The notes under the pieces were generated by a model. It did no database searches. It saw only the letters and a list, made by a program, of their open reading frames with translations, and had not been told where the DNA came from. Made by a program: the position numbers and the translations under genes. This document shows, piece by piece, positions 19,855 to 27,746 of a stretch of 64,000 bases of DNA; the stretch's first letter is position 1, and the number at the start of each line of letters is the position of its first letter. Where the stretch lies: positions 198,651 through 262,650 of IMG/VR virus record IMGVR_UViG_3300029267_004162; one strand, written 5' to 3'.

Positions 19855-19927
19855 ACCTTGGCAACGCTGGGCGGCGGTTATTGCTGGTGTGATTCTTGGA
19901 GGTCTAGTAGTATGGCTCATATCGTAA
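19838..19927 (+). CDS. small single-TM peptide (29 aa)
   Basis: Hand translation MILLIKPWQRWAAVIAGVILGGLVVWLIS; too short for the ORF track. Confidence 0.35.
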   Translation: MILLIKPWQRWAAVIAGVILGGLVVWLIS

Positions 19928-19985
19928 AGTGCCCTATTTGCAACGGCAGTGAGCCTGATCCGATGGCAGAAGAAGGAGAAGCCTC

Positions 19986-20240
19986 ATGACACACCCTGCA
20001 TTACAGGCTCTTTCTAGAGGGCCACGAAATGTGATGCGACGATTGTTAACCGGAGCCTCTTTACACATACAGCCCCTTGGGTATCGTCTTTTAGGCGACG
20101 GTCGTCCTCCATGGTGTGTCACCGATTGGTGTGTACGTGATCTGGTATCGCGAGGATTACTTTACACACCTACACTCAGAGCGTACCCAACTGCTCTCGC
20201 TAAGACTTTGCAAAAAGAATTAGTTGGTGGACTTCGTTAG
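19986..20240 (+). CDS. hypothetical protein
   Basis: 84 aa; AAGGAG RBS. Confidence 0.5.
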   Translation: MTHPALQALSRGPRNVMRRLLTGASLHIQPLGYRLLGDGRPPWCVTDWCVRDLVSRGLLYTPTLRAYPTALAKTLQKELVGGLR

Positions 20241-20262
20241 AAAGCCCAGAGGAATGTGAGTT

Positions 20263-20472
20263 ATGTCAACACCAATTGGTACCCTGCCAATTCTTAACGT
20301 CAAGGACCAAGAGCTAGTAGTACATGTAGCCGATGGCAAGTTATTTGTATCTACGGGTGGGGACATGTTGTTGGTTTATGACCAAGACACAAGCATAATC
20401 GCAAGGGGTTTGTCCCGTTCGTTGCGGGCCAGAGTTGCGTCATTCGTTAAATCCTTCTTTATTCATTGGTGA
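20263..20472 (+). CDS. hypothetical protein
   Basis: 69-aa ORF within the operon. Confidence 0.5.
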   Translation: MSTPIGTLPILNVKDQELVVHVADGKLFVSTGGDMLLVYDQDTSIIARGLSRSLRARVASFVKSFFIHW

Positions 20473-20478
20473 AGACGC

Positions 20479-20985
20479 GTGATCACATATTTGGACATGG
20501 ATGGCGTTATCGTTGACTTCAACAAGGGGGTATCGGATAAGTTTGGAGTAGATGTTACGGACGCGGACACCAGGGCTTTACATAAATTGATTGGGGTTAG
20601 TTCCACCCTTTTTTGGAAAACCCTCAATGAATCCAGTACGTGGTGGGCAGAGTTGGAACCCTATCCATGGTTGGAAGAACTAGTGGATTTGATCGAAAAA
20701 CGGGGTTCATGGTATCTTTGTACCGCTGCTGCCTCTCTTGCTGCTCTTCATGGCAGAGTTAGATGGATTAAGAGGATCTTCGGTTCTCAGTTTGATCGGT
20801 TTGTTTTTACTCGGCACAAACATCTGTTAGCTCGACCCCACACATTGCTGATTGATGACACGCCAAAACAGGTAGAGGATTTCAGTAGCGAAGAGGGGGC
20901 TAGAGCTGTGCTTTTTCCTCAGCCCTGGAATCAGGCCACTTATGACATCTCGGAATTTATGGATGTTTTGAGGGTAAGTCAATGA
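20479..20985 (+). CDS. 5'(3')-deoxyribonucleotidase, HAD family
   Basis: LDMDGVIVDF (DxD), KHLL and LLIDD motifs. Confidence 0.88.
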   Translation: MITYLDMDGVIVDFNKGVSDKFGVDVTDADTRALHKLIGVSSTLFWKTLNESSTWWAELEPYPWLEELVDLIEKRGSWYLCTAAASLAALHGRVRWIKRIFGSQFDRFVFTRHKHLLARPHTLLIDDTPKQVEDFSSEEGARAVLFPQPWNQATYDISEFMDVLRVSQ

Positions 20986-22058
20986 GTTCTCATGCGATTG
21001 AAGTCATAACCATTCCTAAGGTGAAAAAACACCCTAACGCGGATACCCTGGGGTTGGTCGATATTTGGGGTTGGTCCTGTTGTATACGGCTGAATGATTT
21101 TAAGGAAGGCGATTTAGCCGTCTATATTCCACCTGACTATATGGTACCTGATATTGAGGCATTTCAGTTCCTAAAGGACTCCAGTAGTGACCGATGGCGT
21201 CGGATTCGGGTACGTCGATTTCGCGGGATTTTGTCGCAGGGTTTAGTATGGTTTGCACCGGAGGGCACCAAAGAGGGTGATGATGTCATGGAACTGATGG
21301 GTATCACCCGCTACGAGCCGCCTCTTCCGACGAGTTTCAACACAGATAATGAAACTGGCCCACATGGTTACTACCCCAAGTATGATGTCGAGAATTACCG
21401 CCGCTATGGCAGCGGTATCTTTGTTGAGGGTGAAGAGATAGTAGTAACCGAGAAGATTCATGGTTGTAACGCTCGGTTTGTTTGTACTCTCCCCAAGTCA
21501 GATAAGACTTGGCCAGATGGTACTCCGATAGGTCCTTGTGACGCTGCCTTCCCCAACGAAAGTGAAACACTAAGGATGTTCTGTGGTAGTCGAACCAATT
21601 GGAAGAAAAAGGACGAAAAGAGTCCCTGGTGGCAAACCCTCCAACAAAATCCGGCTATCGAAACCTGGTGTCGCGCTCATCCTGGACTGGTCCTTTATGC
21701 TGAGGTGTACGGGCAGGTTCAGAGTCTCAAATATGGAGCAAATCGTAATCAGTTCTTTGTAGCAGTTTTTGATATACTTGATCTGGATGGGAATTGGTTA
21801 GAATTTGATGAAGCCTTCACCCTTGTTTCAGAGGTGCCGGGATTGAATTGGGCACCTGTGGTTTATCGGGGTCTCTGTAATGAGGAAGTTCTTGAGCTGG
21901 CGGAGGGGGACAGCCTTATCCCAGGGGCAAACCACCTTAGAGAAGGCGTGGTGGTTCAACCAATTAAAGAGAGACGCGATAATATGTGTGGTCGGGTAAA
22001 GCTCAAAATTGTGAGTAACCAATATCTCGAGGGTAAGAAAAGTCATAGGGGAGCTTAA
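20982..22058 (+). CDS. ATP-dependent RNA ligase (DRB0094/Rnl2-like family)
   Basis: N-terminal HPNADTL...GDLAVYIPPD...RG.LSQG domain; ligase motifs TEKIHG, EVYG, VFD, EGVVV, KLK. Confidence 0.92.
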   Translation: MSSHAIEVITIPKVKKHPNADTLGLVDIWGWSCCIRLNDFKEGDLAVYIPPDYMVPDIEAFQFLKDSSSDRWRRIRVRRFRGILSQGLVWFAPEGTKEGDDVMELMGITRYEPPLPTSFNTDNETGPHGYYPKYDVENYRRYGSGIFVEGEEIVVTEKIHGCNARFVCTLPKSDKTWPDGTPIGPCDAAFPNESETLRMFCGSRTNWKKKDEKSPWWQTLQQNPAIETWCRAHPGLVLYAEVYGQVQSLKYGANRNQFFVAVFDILDLDGNWLEFDEAFTLVSEVPGLNWAPVVYRGLCNEEVLELAEGDSLIPGANHLREGVVVQPIKERRDNMCGRVKLKIVSNQYLEGKKSHRGA

Positions 22059-22078
22059 CAAGCAGACGGATGTAGGGA

Positions 22079-22199
22079 ACGCCGCCGAATCCAGGCGTGA
22101 CAATCAGCAGAGCTGATCCGGTACCGGCGCGGGTATCGGGAGTGGTAAGGGTGAGGAATTCCGCCCGAGGCCCAAGCCCTTACCACTTATTTTCTTTTT
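22079..22199 (+). ncRNA. candidate structured RNA or terminator region (four consecutive hairpins)
   Basis: ACGCC/GGCGT, TCAGC/GCTGA, CCGGTACC/GGTATCGG and 11-bp AGTGGTAAGGG/CCCTTACCACT, followed by a T-rich tract. Confidence 0.4.
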
Positions 22200-22220
22200 A
22201 ATTCGTTAGGAAGGAATGAT

Positions 22221-22323
22221 GCTGTGGCTACATAGCGTGCTGGCTCGGCCACTGGAGAGCGGTATACCCGCCTGTAGGAAAACGAGTGCTGCTTGTACAG
22301 CCGGTAGGAGTCCGGCCCACAAC
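22221..22323 (+). ncRNA. candidate tRNA-like RNA
   Basis: GCTGTGG/CCACAAC acceptor-like stem stacked on a GCCGG-TAGGAGT-CCGGC T-arm-like hairpin; no canonical D or anticodon arms. Confidence 0.45.
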
Positions 22324-22396
22324 TTTAATGGAAGGAGTCACTCATTCGTTAGGAGAAGTAATGGGATTGTAGCTCAGTTGGTAGAGCAACGGCCTT

Positions 22397-23008
22397 CAGG
22401 AAAAATAGGAGCCTTCTGTGTGGAAGATCGAGAGGGTTGTCAGTGCCAGTCCTTACAGCTTCGCTGTTGTAAGGAAGCACCCTAGCTTATGCACATGATT
22501 ACGTGCCTATGCACAGGGTCGTCATGGAGAACATGATCGGTAGACTTCTCGATTCCGATGAAGTGGTTCATCAAGAACGGGAACAGGAAGGATAATCGAC
22601 CTAAGAATCTGGAACTCCTGTCTAACGCCGAACACGCTAGGAGACATGGATTTGACCAGAAACAAAAGTGGTGCGATTTCGTCTGTCCTATTGTGGTGAA
22701 TCGTTCTCAAGAAAACACAATCGAACTCACCTAGGGAAGGGGAGGGGAGATTGTACCTGCTGTAGCAGGTCTTGTGGAACCTCTTTCGCTAGAAAGAGAA
22801 ATCTTCAAAGTGCAACTGCAGAAGTGGAGAGTGCCATATCGGGGAACGTCGTAAGAGTGTACAAGAAGTATGCTCACGATAATCCCGAGGAAACCGTCTG
22901 ACGCGGGATCCGTAGAGGCCATACGCACTCAGCCTGAGATGGTTAAGAGATGGTCCAGCCGACAAGCCAGCCCTAGTGTTGGTGGTTATGGAAACATGAT
23001 GTCGGATG
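22397..23008 (+). mobile_element. group I intron (612 nt) in the tRNA anticodon, with a degenerate HNH ORF
   Basis: 5' exon ends in U and can pair with GGAGCC (22408-22413); terminal G at 23008; core-like ATATCGGGGAAC / AATCCCGAGG (P4), GTAGAGGCCATAC and AAGAGATGGTCC (P7 GGCCAT/ATGGTC). Confidence 0.82.
22418..22901 (+). pseudogene. frameshifted HNH homing endonuclease inside the intron
   Basis: Three frame changes (near 22484, 22572, 22689) join MWKIERVV...RKHP / YVPMHRVVMENMIGRLLDSDEVVH / KNGNRKDNRPKNLELLSNAEHARRH / CGESF...CCSRSC. Confidence 0.85.
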
Positions 23009-23060
23009 TTAAGCCGTGAGTCGTGGGTTCGAGCCCCACCAGTCCCAATTATAAATCTTC

Positions 23061-23133
23061 AGGACCGTAGCTCAGTGTGCAGAGCACCGCCCTCTTAAGG
23101 CGGGGGTCGCAGGTTCAAATCCTGCCGGTCCTA
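23061..23133 (+). tRNA. tRNA-Lys(CUU)
   Basis: AGGACCG/CGGTCCT, GCTC/GAGC, CCGCC-CTCTTAA-GGCGG, GCAGG-TTCAAAT-CCTGC; D-loop lacks the GG; no encoded CCA. Confidence 0.93.
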
Positions 23134-24690
23134 TTTGGGGTCATACGTCTTCTGGGGAATGTCATCCTGCGGTCTTGTCAAAATTGTAATGCCTCATTTG
23201 ATATTTCTGAAGCCGAGGTGGCTCGGGGGAGGGGGAAGTATTGTTCTCAAGCGTGTTATAAAGAGTCCTTCTTAGAGGAGAGGCTTTGTCAATGTGGAAC
23301 AAAGTTTAAAACCAAAAAGGGGAAACGGGGTCGTAAAACTTGTTCTAATCGGTGTGCAAAATCCAGAGTATTGAGCGAAGAAACTCGCGATAAAATTAGC
23401 AACACCTTATCTCGAGGAGAGCATCAGAAGAAGAGGGGGAAATACACCAAAAAATGTCACCGCTGTAAAACCTTATTCGAAACATACTCTTCTAAGAGCC
23501 GTCTTTGTGGGAGTTGTAAGCAATCTAAAAAATGCAAGGTCTGCAACCGGGATTTGGTCCAAAAAGAGTGCGTGTGGTGTAAAAAAGCAGTTAGCCAAAA
23601 GCCCTTACCTAAGCGGTGCCGCAATAAACGAGGGGCCAAGCTGTTGGTAGAAATCTTGAATCTAACTCAGGACAATAACCAACAGCTCTGTGAAGACTTG
23701 GGCGTGGATTTCGTAGTGGGGAAATTGGCTATTGAATACCAGAACCCAAAGTATCCCTATTCCACAGACAACGACCACGAGGATCAGTTGATGTCGCGGG
23801 GGTTTGTTCCTCATCCGATTAGTTGGAGTTTGGAGGGGGAACCTGATTCGAAAGAGCGTTTGCGGCTGGAAGCCGATATCATTGATTTTTGTGCGGCCAA
23901 CGATAATCCGTTTGTATTCACATACGACAAAATCGCTTTTCAAGACCAATACGCCCGTTTACAAAAGACTACTTCCCTTAAAGGCTTCTGCTATTGTAGA
24001 ACGGCCATGGAGTGGTACCACAAACATCTGTGGACAATGAAGACGTCCAGAGCCGAAGTTGATCCCATATCCTATTGGCGGTGCAACCCGGCGAAAATAA
24101 CCGCCAATAGAATAAAATACGCCAATTTGTCTCCAACTTCCCTACGTCGCTATTTTAAGCTTTTTGACATGGTTCCAACCATGTTCCAGGATTCATTAGG
24201 TAAGCGAATGGCCCTCATGGTTGACGGGCCGGAGATAGTGGACCCCTTTGCTGGTTTTGGTGGTCGAATGTTGGGGGCTTGTGCTATTGGGAAGACATAC
24301 ACTGGATTCGACATCAACCCCTGGACTTGTAGTGCTAACGTTATCATGGCTAAGGAAATGGGGCTAACCGGCGTACGTATTCATCACGCTGATTCTTCTC
24401 AGATGGATCCCGTTGAATGTGACGGAGTAATTACTAGTCCGCCTTTCTTCAACAAGGACGAATACGGGGATGGGGGCTATGATTCGCTTGAGCAATATCA
24501 ACGCGCGATTCATGAGACGTTCAAGCGAATCACTCTCCGGGACAAGGCCATCTTGGATTTCAAGCCGGTTCAGGGGTGTTCTTTAGATGATTTTGTCGCG
24601 GCCCTGCCGTATCGGGTCCAGAAGATAGAAGAAGTGAATTTCGGGGGGTTGGGCCGTAAATCTATACACCACTGGGTGGTGGCCTGCTAG
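23077..24690 (+). CDS. multidomain protein: Cys-rich Zn-finger repeats, NUMOD3-like motif, putative PD-(D/E)XK nuclease and amino-methyltransferase
   Basis: CxxC..F..CSxxC repeats; LSEETRDKISNTL; DFVVGKLAIEYQ; VDPFAGFGGRMLGA, FDINP, ITSPPFFNKDEY. The track start overlaps the tRNA, so the real start must be after 23133. Confidence 0.75.
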   Translation: MQSTALLRRGSQVQILPVLFGVIRLLGNVILRSCQNCNASFDISEAEVARGRGKYCSQACYKESFLEERLCQCGTKFKTKKGKRGRKTCSNRCAKSRVLSEETRDKISNTLSRGEHQKKRGKYTKKCHRCKTLFETYSSKSRLCGSCKQSKKCKVCNRDLVQKECVWCKKAVSQKPLPKRCRNKRGAKLLVEILNLTQDNNQQLCEDLGVDFVVGKLAIEYQNPKYPYSTDNDHEDQLMSRGFVPHPISWSLEGEPDSKERLRLEADIIDFCAANDNPFVFTYDKIAFQDQYARLQKTTSLKGFCYCRTAMEWYHKHLWTMKTSRAEVDPISYWRCNPAKITANRIKYANLSPTSLRRYFKLFDMVPTMFQDSLGKRMALMVDGPEIVDPFAGFGGRMLGACAIGKTYTGFDINPWTCSANVIMAKEMGLTGVRIHHADSSQMDPVECDGVITSPPFFNKDEYGDGGYDSLEQYQRAIHETFKRITLRDKAILDFKPVQGCSLDDFVAALPYRVQKIEEVNFGGLGRKSIHHWVVAC

Positions 24691-24712
24691 GTCTTGTTAG
24701 GTTTTTGTTGTA

Positions 24713-24742
24713 TTGACAGATACCCCCCTCTTATGGTATAAT
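24713..24742 (+). promoter_or_regulatory. sigma70-type promoter (extended -10)
   Basis: TTGACA (24713-24718), 18 bp, TG-n-TATAAT (24737-24742); flanks match the 7345 promoter. Confidence 0.85.
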
Positions 24743-24900
24743 GGAAATAGTGAAAGACATTTTATTAAGAGGTTTGGAACAGGTCGCAAGCCAAGCGGTA
24801 GTTCGGATGTCCGAGGATGTCCAGTCCTTGTTATCGACATTATGGACAAATCGATAACTTTCTGAGCTATTCGCTGTTCCCTAAAACCAGGAGGTGCAAT

Positions 24901-25812
24901 GTGTGTGGCCCTTATGGACACGCGTTCGTAAGTGAGATTCCCGTCCAAACACCGGATTTGGATGGTAACTTCGACGATGTTGAAGGAGATGGTGAAACGG
25001 GCAACCCAGTCCCTGTCGCTCCAGATAAAAACCTCCCTAGTGACGGGGCGGTGGGACTTGCGTTGGGAGATGAGCAAAAGAAGACCAGTCGGTCCGAAGC
25101 TGCTCGTAAAGCCTGGGAAACCAGAAAGAAACTGTATGGTCCCGGTGGACGAAAACCGAGATCACTGGTATTACCCAGTGGTCAGGTGTTCTTACCTGGG
25201 TACCCTGCTTTGAACAGTCATCATGAAATTCTTACCCGGCATTCTTTGTCTAATCAAAGACGAAGACGCAGGGCAGGATGGGTTCCATGTGGGCTCCATG
25301 TGCATGATGGTTCTCTGCTTCTTCAAAACAATCGTGGCCACTCCACCCTTCCTCTCGCTGATGTTGATATCAAATGTGCCGAGCAAAATTGGCTCACTAG
25401 TATGCGGGGTGGGGGATTGTGGGATTTCGTAGCGTTCCATGGTGGTCGTCTCCAAGACAAATGGGAATGGATGAAAGAATTCCACAGGTGGTTGGATTTG
25501 CCGTTTGTCTATGGGCAGCTCAAGGGTAGGGTCGCCAAAGACAACTATGTCAAGATGCTGGAACTCCAGGTTTATCTTGATGTCGTGCAAGGAATAACCA
25601 TGCCGGGGGCTGTGCTCTATACTCAGGCCCACATAAGGGGAGACATCTACGCAGAGTTAGATGAGGTGTGTAAAAAGCAAGACACACTGAAAGTGGTTCA
25701 GCAGAAATTGGCTAAAAGCATGATACAACTTTGGGGCCGCGATCCGATGGAAGCCGCTGACACTTTGGTAGATCACCCCAATGACTTTATTGGTGAGCAT
25801 GTTCTTAACTGA
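24901..25812 (+). CDS. hypothetical early protein
   Basis: In-frame GTG at 24901 follows AGGAGG (track start 24817); contains RSEAARKAWETRKK. Confidence 0.65.
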   Translation: MCGPYGHAFVSEIPVQTPDLDGNFDDVEGDGETGNPVPVAPDKNLPSDGAVGLALGDEQKKTSRSEAARKAWETRKKLYGPGGRKPRSLVLPSGQVFLPGYPALNSHHEILTRHSLSNQRRRRRAGWVPCGLHVHDGSLLLQNNRGHSTLPLADVDIKCAEQNWLTSMRGGGLWDFVAFHGGRLQDKWEWMKEFHRWLDLPFVYGQLKGRVAKDNYVKMLELQVYLDVVQGITMPGAVLYTQAHIRGDIYAELDEVCKKQDTLKVVQQKLAKSMIQLWGRDPMEAADTLVDHPNDFIGEHVLN

Positions 25813-25816
25813 CATT

Positions 25817-25980
25817 CGACGAGCGTGGGCGGGCAGTGTTTCCCCGGACACGTCTGCCCCCTCGTCGGACGAATCATTTACTTGGGGAGCAGGGTTGGCA
25901 TCACAAGCCCCTGCTCCCCACTCTTTTTCGCCTCGGGATAGAGTAGGGCATCCACGTACCTACCTCGCCCTGCTCTATCC
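25817..25980 (+). other. structured intergenic region, three strong hairpins (the middle one terminator-like)
   Basis: CGACGAG..GGGCAG/CTGCCC..CTCGTCG; 12-bp TGGGGAGCAGGG/CCCTGCTCCCCA followed by CTCTTTTT; 14-bp GGATAGAGTAGGGC/GCCCTGCTCTATCC. Confidence 0.6.
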
Positions 25981-25998
25981 CACCCCCCCCCTTCGGTA

Positions 25999-26547
25999 AT
26001 GGAAGTGACTCGGCCAATAAGAGAGGTACCGGAGATTCGCATGAAGATCAGTTTAAAATTAACAACTGCTAATTTGAGACGATTGACCCCGGATCAAGTG
26101 CAAACGTCTTTGAAAATGCTAGAAGCCCAAGCGGATCAGATTCGTAAGGATATGGATAGGAATCAAAGGCTACTGGGCCATCTAAACGATCAAATAGGGG
26201 ATTGTGTAAGTGTAGCTCGTTTACTCCGAGATATCGTGTGGATAGGAGAAAAACCTGTTGTTGTGGACTCCCGGCTGGATGAAACTTGTCTATCTAGTCC
26301 TTTTCCTCAGAATAAACGTTTCGGTATCGTGAGGAAAGACTGGAATGGACAGGGAGTAACGGGGTGGACTCTTGATATTTACTTCCCAAACACTCTTCAC
26401 GCGAATACGTGGCTGGGGCCGGGTTGGCGTCGAAAAGAAGCAATAGAATATGCCAAACATTGGGTTGTGAAAGATCGCGTTTTCTGTCGGCAATTCGCAA
26501 AAGATCATCCATCACTGACTGTCTTAAAATCACGTTCCAAAATGTAG
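25999..26547 (+). CDS. hypothetical protein with N-terminal coiled coil
   Basis: 182-aa ORF. Confidence 0.6.
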   Translation: MEVTRPIREVPEIRMKISLKLTTANLRRLTPDQVQTSLKMLEAQADQIRKDMDRNQRLLGHLNDQIGDCVSVARLLRDIVWIGEKPVVVDSRLDETCLSSPFPQNKRFGIVRKDWNGQGVTGWTLDIYFPNTLHANTWLGPGWRRKEAIEYAKHWVVKDRVFCRQFAKDHPSLTVLKSRSKM

Positions 26548-26701
26548 GACACCACAAGAAGCAGCAAACACGTGGGCAGCGTTACAAGAGGACTATGAGC
26601 GGCTGTCAGTTGGGAATTGTAATGATTGGCCTGTTGCTTGCCTTTGGGTCTAGGTTCATCGGGGCGATTGTGAGTGGACTACTTAATTAGGAGTAGGTGC
26701 G

Positions 26702-27217
26702 ATGAAACTACAAGTTGAGTTGGATGATACCAAAGAATTCACCGGGGGTTGGAGTATGGATCAAATCCCTGTTCTTTCGGCACTCCGCGCAGTCACTTTC
26801 GTGGATAAACTCAGTATCCTGGAATTCGGAACAGGAAAGAGCACTGAGCTTCTAGCAAAATTGCTCCGCGACAAGAGCGTTGACTACCGCTATGTTAGCT
26901 ATGAGAACGACCCCACCTTCGTGTGCCCGGATTCCTCAATAGAGACAATCTTCTGGGAAGTCTTTCCGGCTCAGATTGTTGACGGTATATTTGACCTCAT
27001 CATCAATGATGGCCCGAATGGGGTTAGACGAAAACTATGGTATGAGTTACATCGTAAAAATGTGAGGCCAGGGACGGTTCTGCTGCTGGACGGTTTTTAC
27101 CACTACGTAGAATTTTTGGAAGCCTTGGATTTGAACTACACCTATGAGATCCTCTCTGACCATGTAGCGAAAAGGGGAACTTGTTGGCGTGTGGTTAAGG
27201 TTCTGAGTGTGCGATGA
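26702..27217 (+). CDS. class I SAM-dependent methyltransferase-like protein
   Basis: ILEFGTGKST, SYEND, FDLIINDGP, PGTVLLLD. Confidence 0.8.
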   Translation: MKLQVELDDTKEFTGGWSMDQIPVLSALRAVTFVDKLSILEFGTGKSTELLAKLLRDKSVDYRYVSYENDPTFVCPDSSIETIFWEVFPAQIVDGIFDLIINDGPNGVRRKLWYELHRKNVRPGTVLLLDGFYHYVEFLEALDLNYTYEILSDHVAKRGTCWRVVKVLSVR

Positions 27218-27447
27218 GTTGCCAGGCCGCTTTTCAACCGGGTGATGAAGCGTACGCTTTTGATGGGTTTGCTTGGGTTCAGGCAGGCGGAGACCAACCC
27301 GACCAGAATCGCCAGTTTTGGAAGAAGGCAAGGGTGATAAAAACCAGCATCGACAGTTTGAATCGCTCTATTACAGATGTGGTTTTTCTTGACGAGAATC
27401 GTAGATCTTGTAATCACCTCTCTCATTCACTTAGGAGGCCCGCTTGA
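27214..27447 (+). CDS. hypothetical protein
   Basis: 77 aa; start and stop overlap both neighbours. Confidence 0.5.
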   Translation: MSCQAAFQPGDEAYAFDGFAWVQAGGDQPDQNRQFWKKARVIKTSIDSLNRSITDVVFLDENRRSCNHLSHSLRRPA

Positions 27448-27746
27448 AAACGAAAAAGAAAATGGAGACCTTGATTCCTCTTGGAGAACGGGTACTCATC
27501 CGGAAAGACGAGAACAGAACCACCACCAAAGGCGGAATTGAGTTACCTGGTTCTTTGGAAATTCCCACCCTAACTGGTCGGGTAGTAGAAATATCAGCCA
27601 AGGTAGACAGTGACCCCGACTACCCAATCAAGCAGTATGACAGGGTTCTTTTTAATCCGCAGAACGCGGTGCCTGTTGGATTCGAGGCCGATGACAGACT
27701 GATGGTGGTTCAGGTTCAGGATGTTGTGGCTGTTTTTACCAATTGA
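27444..27746 (+). CDS. groES: co-chaperonin GroES
   Basis: LIPLGERVLI...TTKGGIELP...GRVV...DRVLF...DVVAV. Confidence 0.92.
   Translation: MKTKKKMETLIPLGERVLIRKDENRTTTKGGIELPGSLEIPTLTGRVVEISAKVDSDPDYPIKQYDRVLFNPQNAVPVGFEADDRLMVVQVQDVVAVFTN

Larger units (their letters stand above)
22363..23047 (+). tRNA. tRNA-Lys(UUU) interrupted by a group I intron (exons 22363-22396 and 23009-23047)
   Basis: Joined exons give a full cloverleaf: GGGATTG/CAGTCCC, GCTC/GAGC, ACGGC-CTTTTAA-GCCGT, GTGGG-TTCGAGC-CCCAC, A73. Confidence 0.88.

Noticed and set aside
22421-22430. GGAAGATCG resembling the 5' end of tRNA-Sec
   Set aside because: No matching 3' strand or arms; it is the start of the HNH reading frame
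22216-22485. 89-aa ORF in the track
   Set aside because: Overlaps the tRNA-like element and the tRNA-Lys 5' exon; no protein features
22394-23012. Reading the split tRNA as Asn(GUU)
   Set aside because: It would need the intron to end in T rather than the conserved terminal G; the GGG start and A73 fit Lys
23077-23133. N-terminal 19 codons of the 537-aa ORF
   Set aside because: They lie inside tRNA-Lys(CUU), so they are not a plausible translated start
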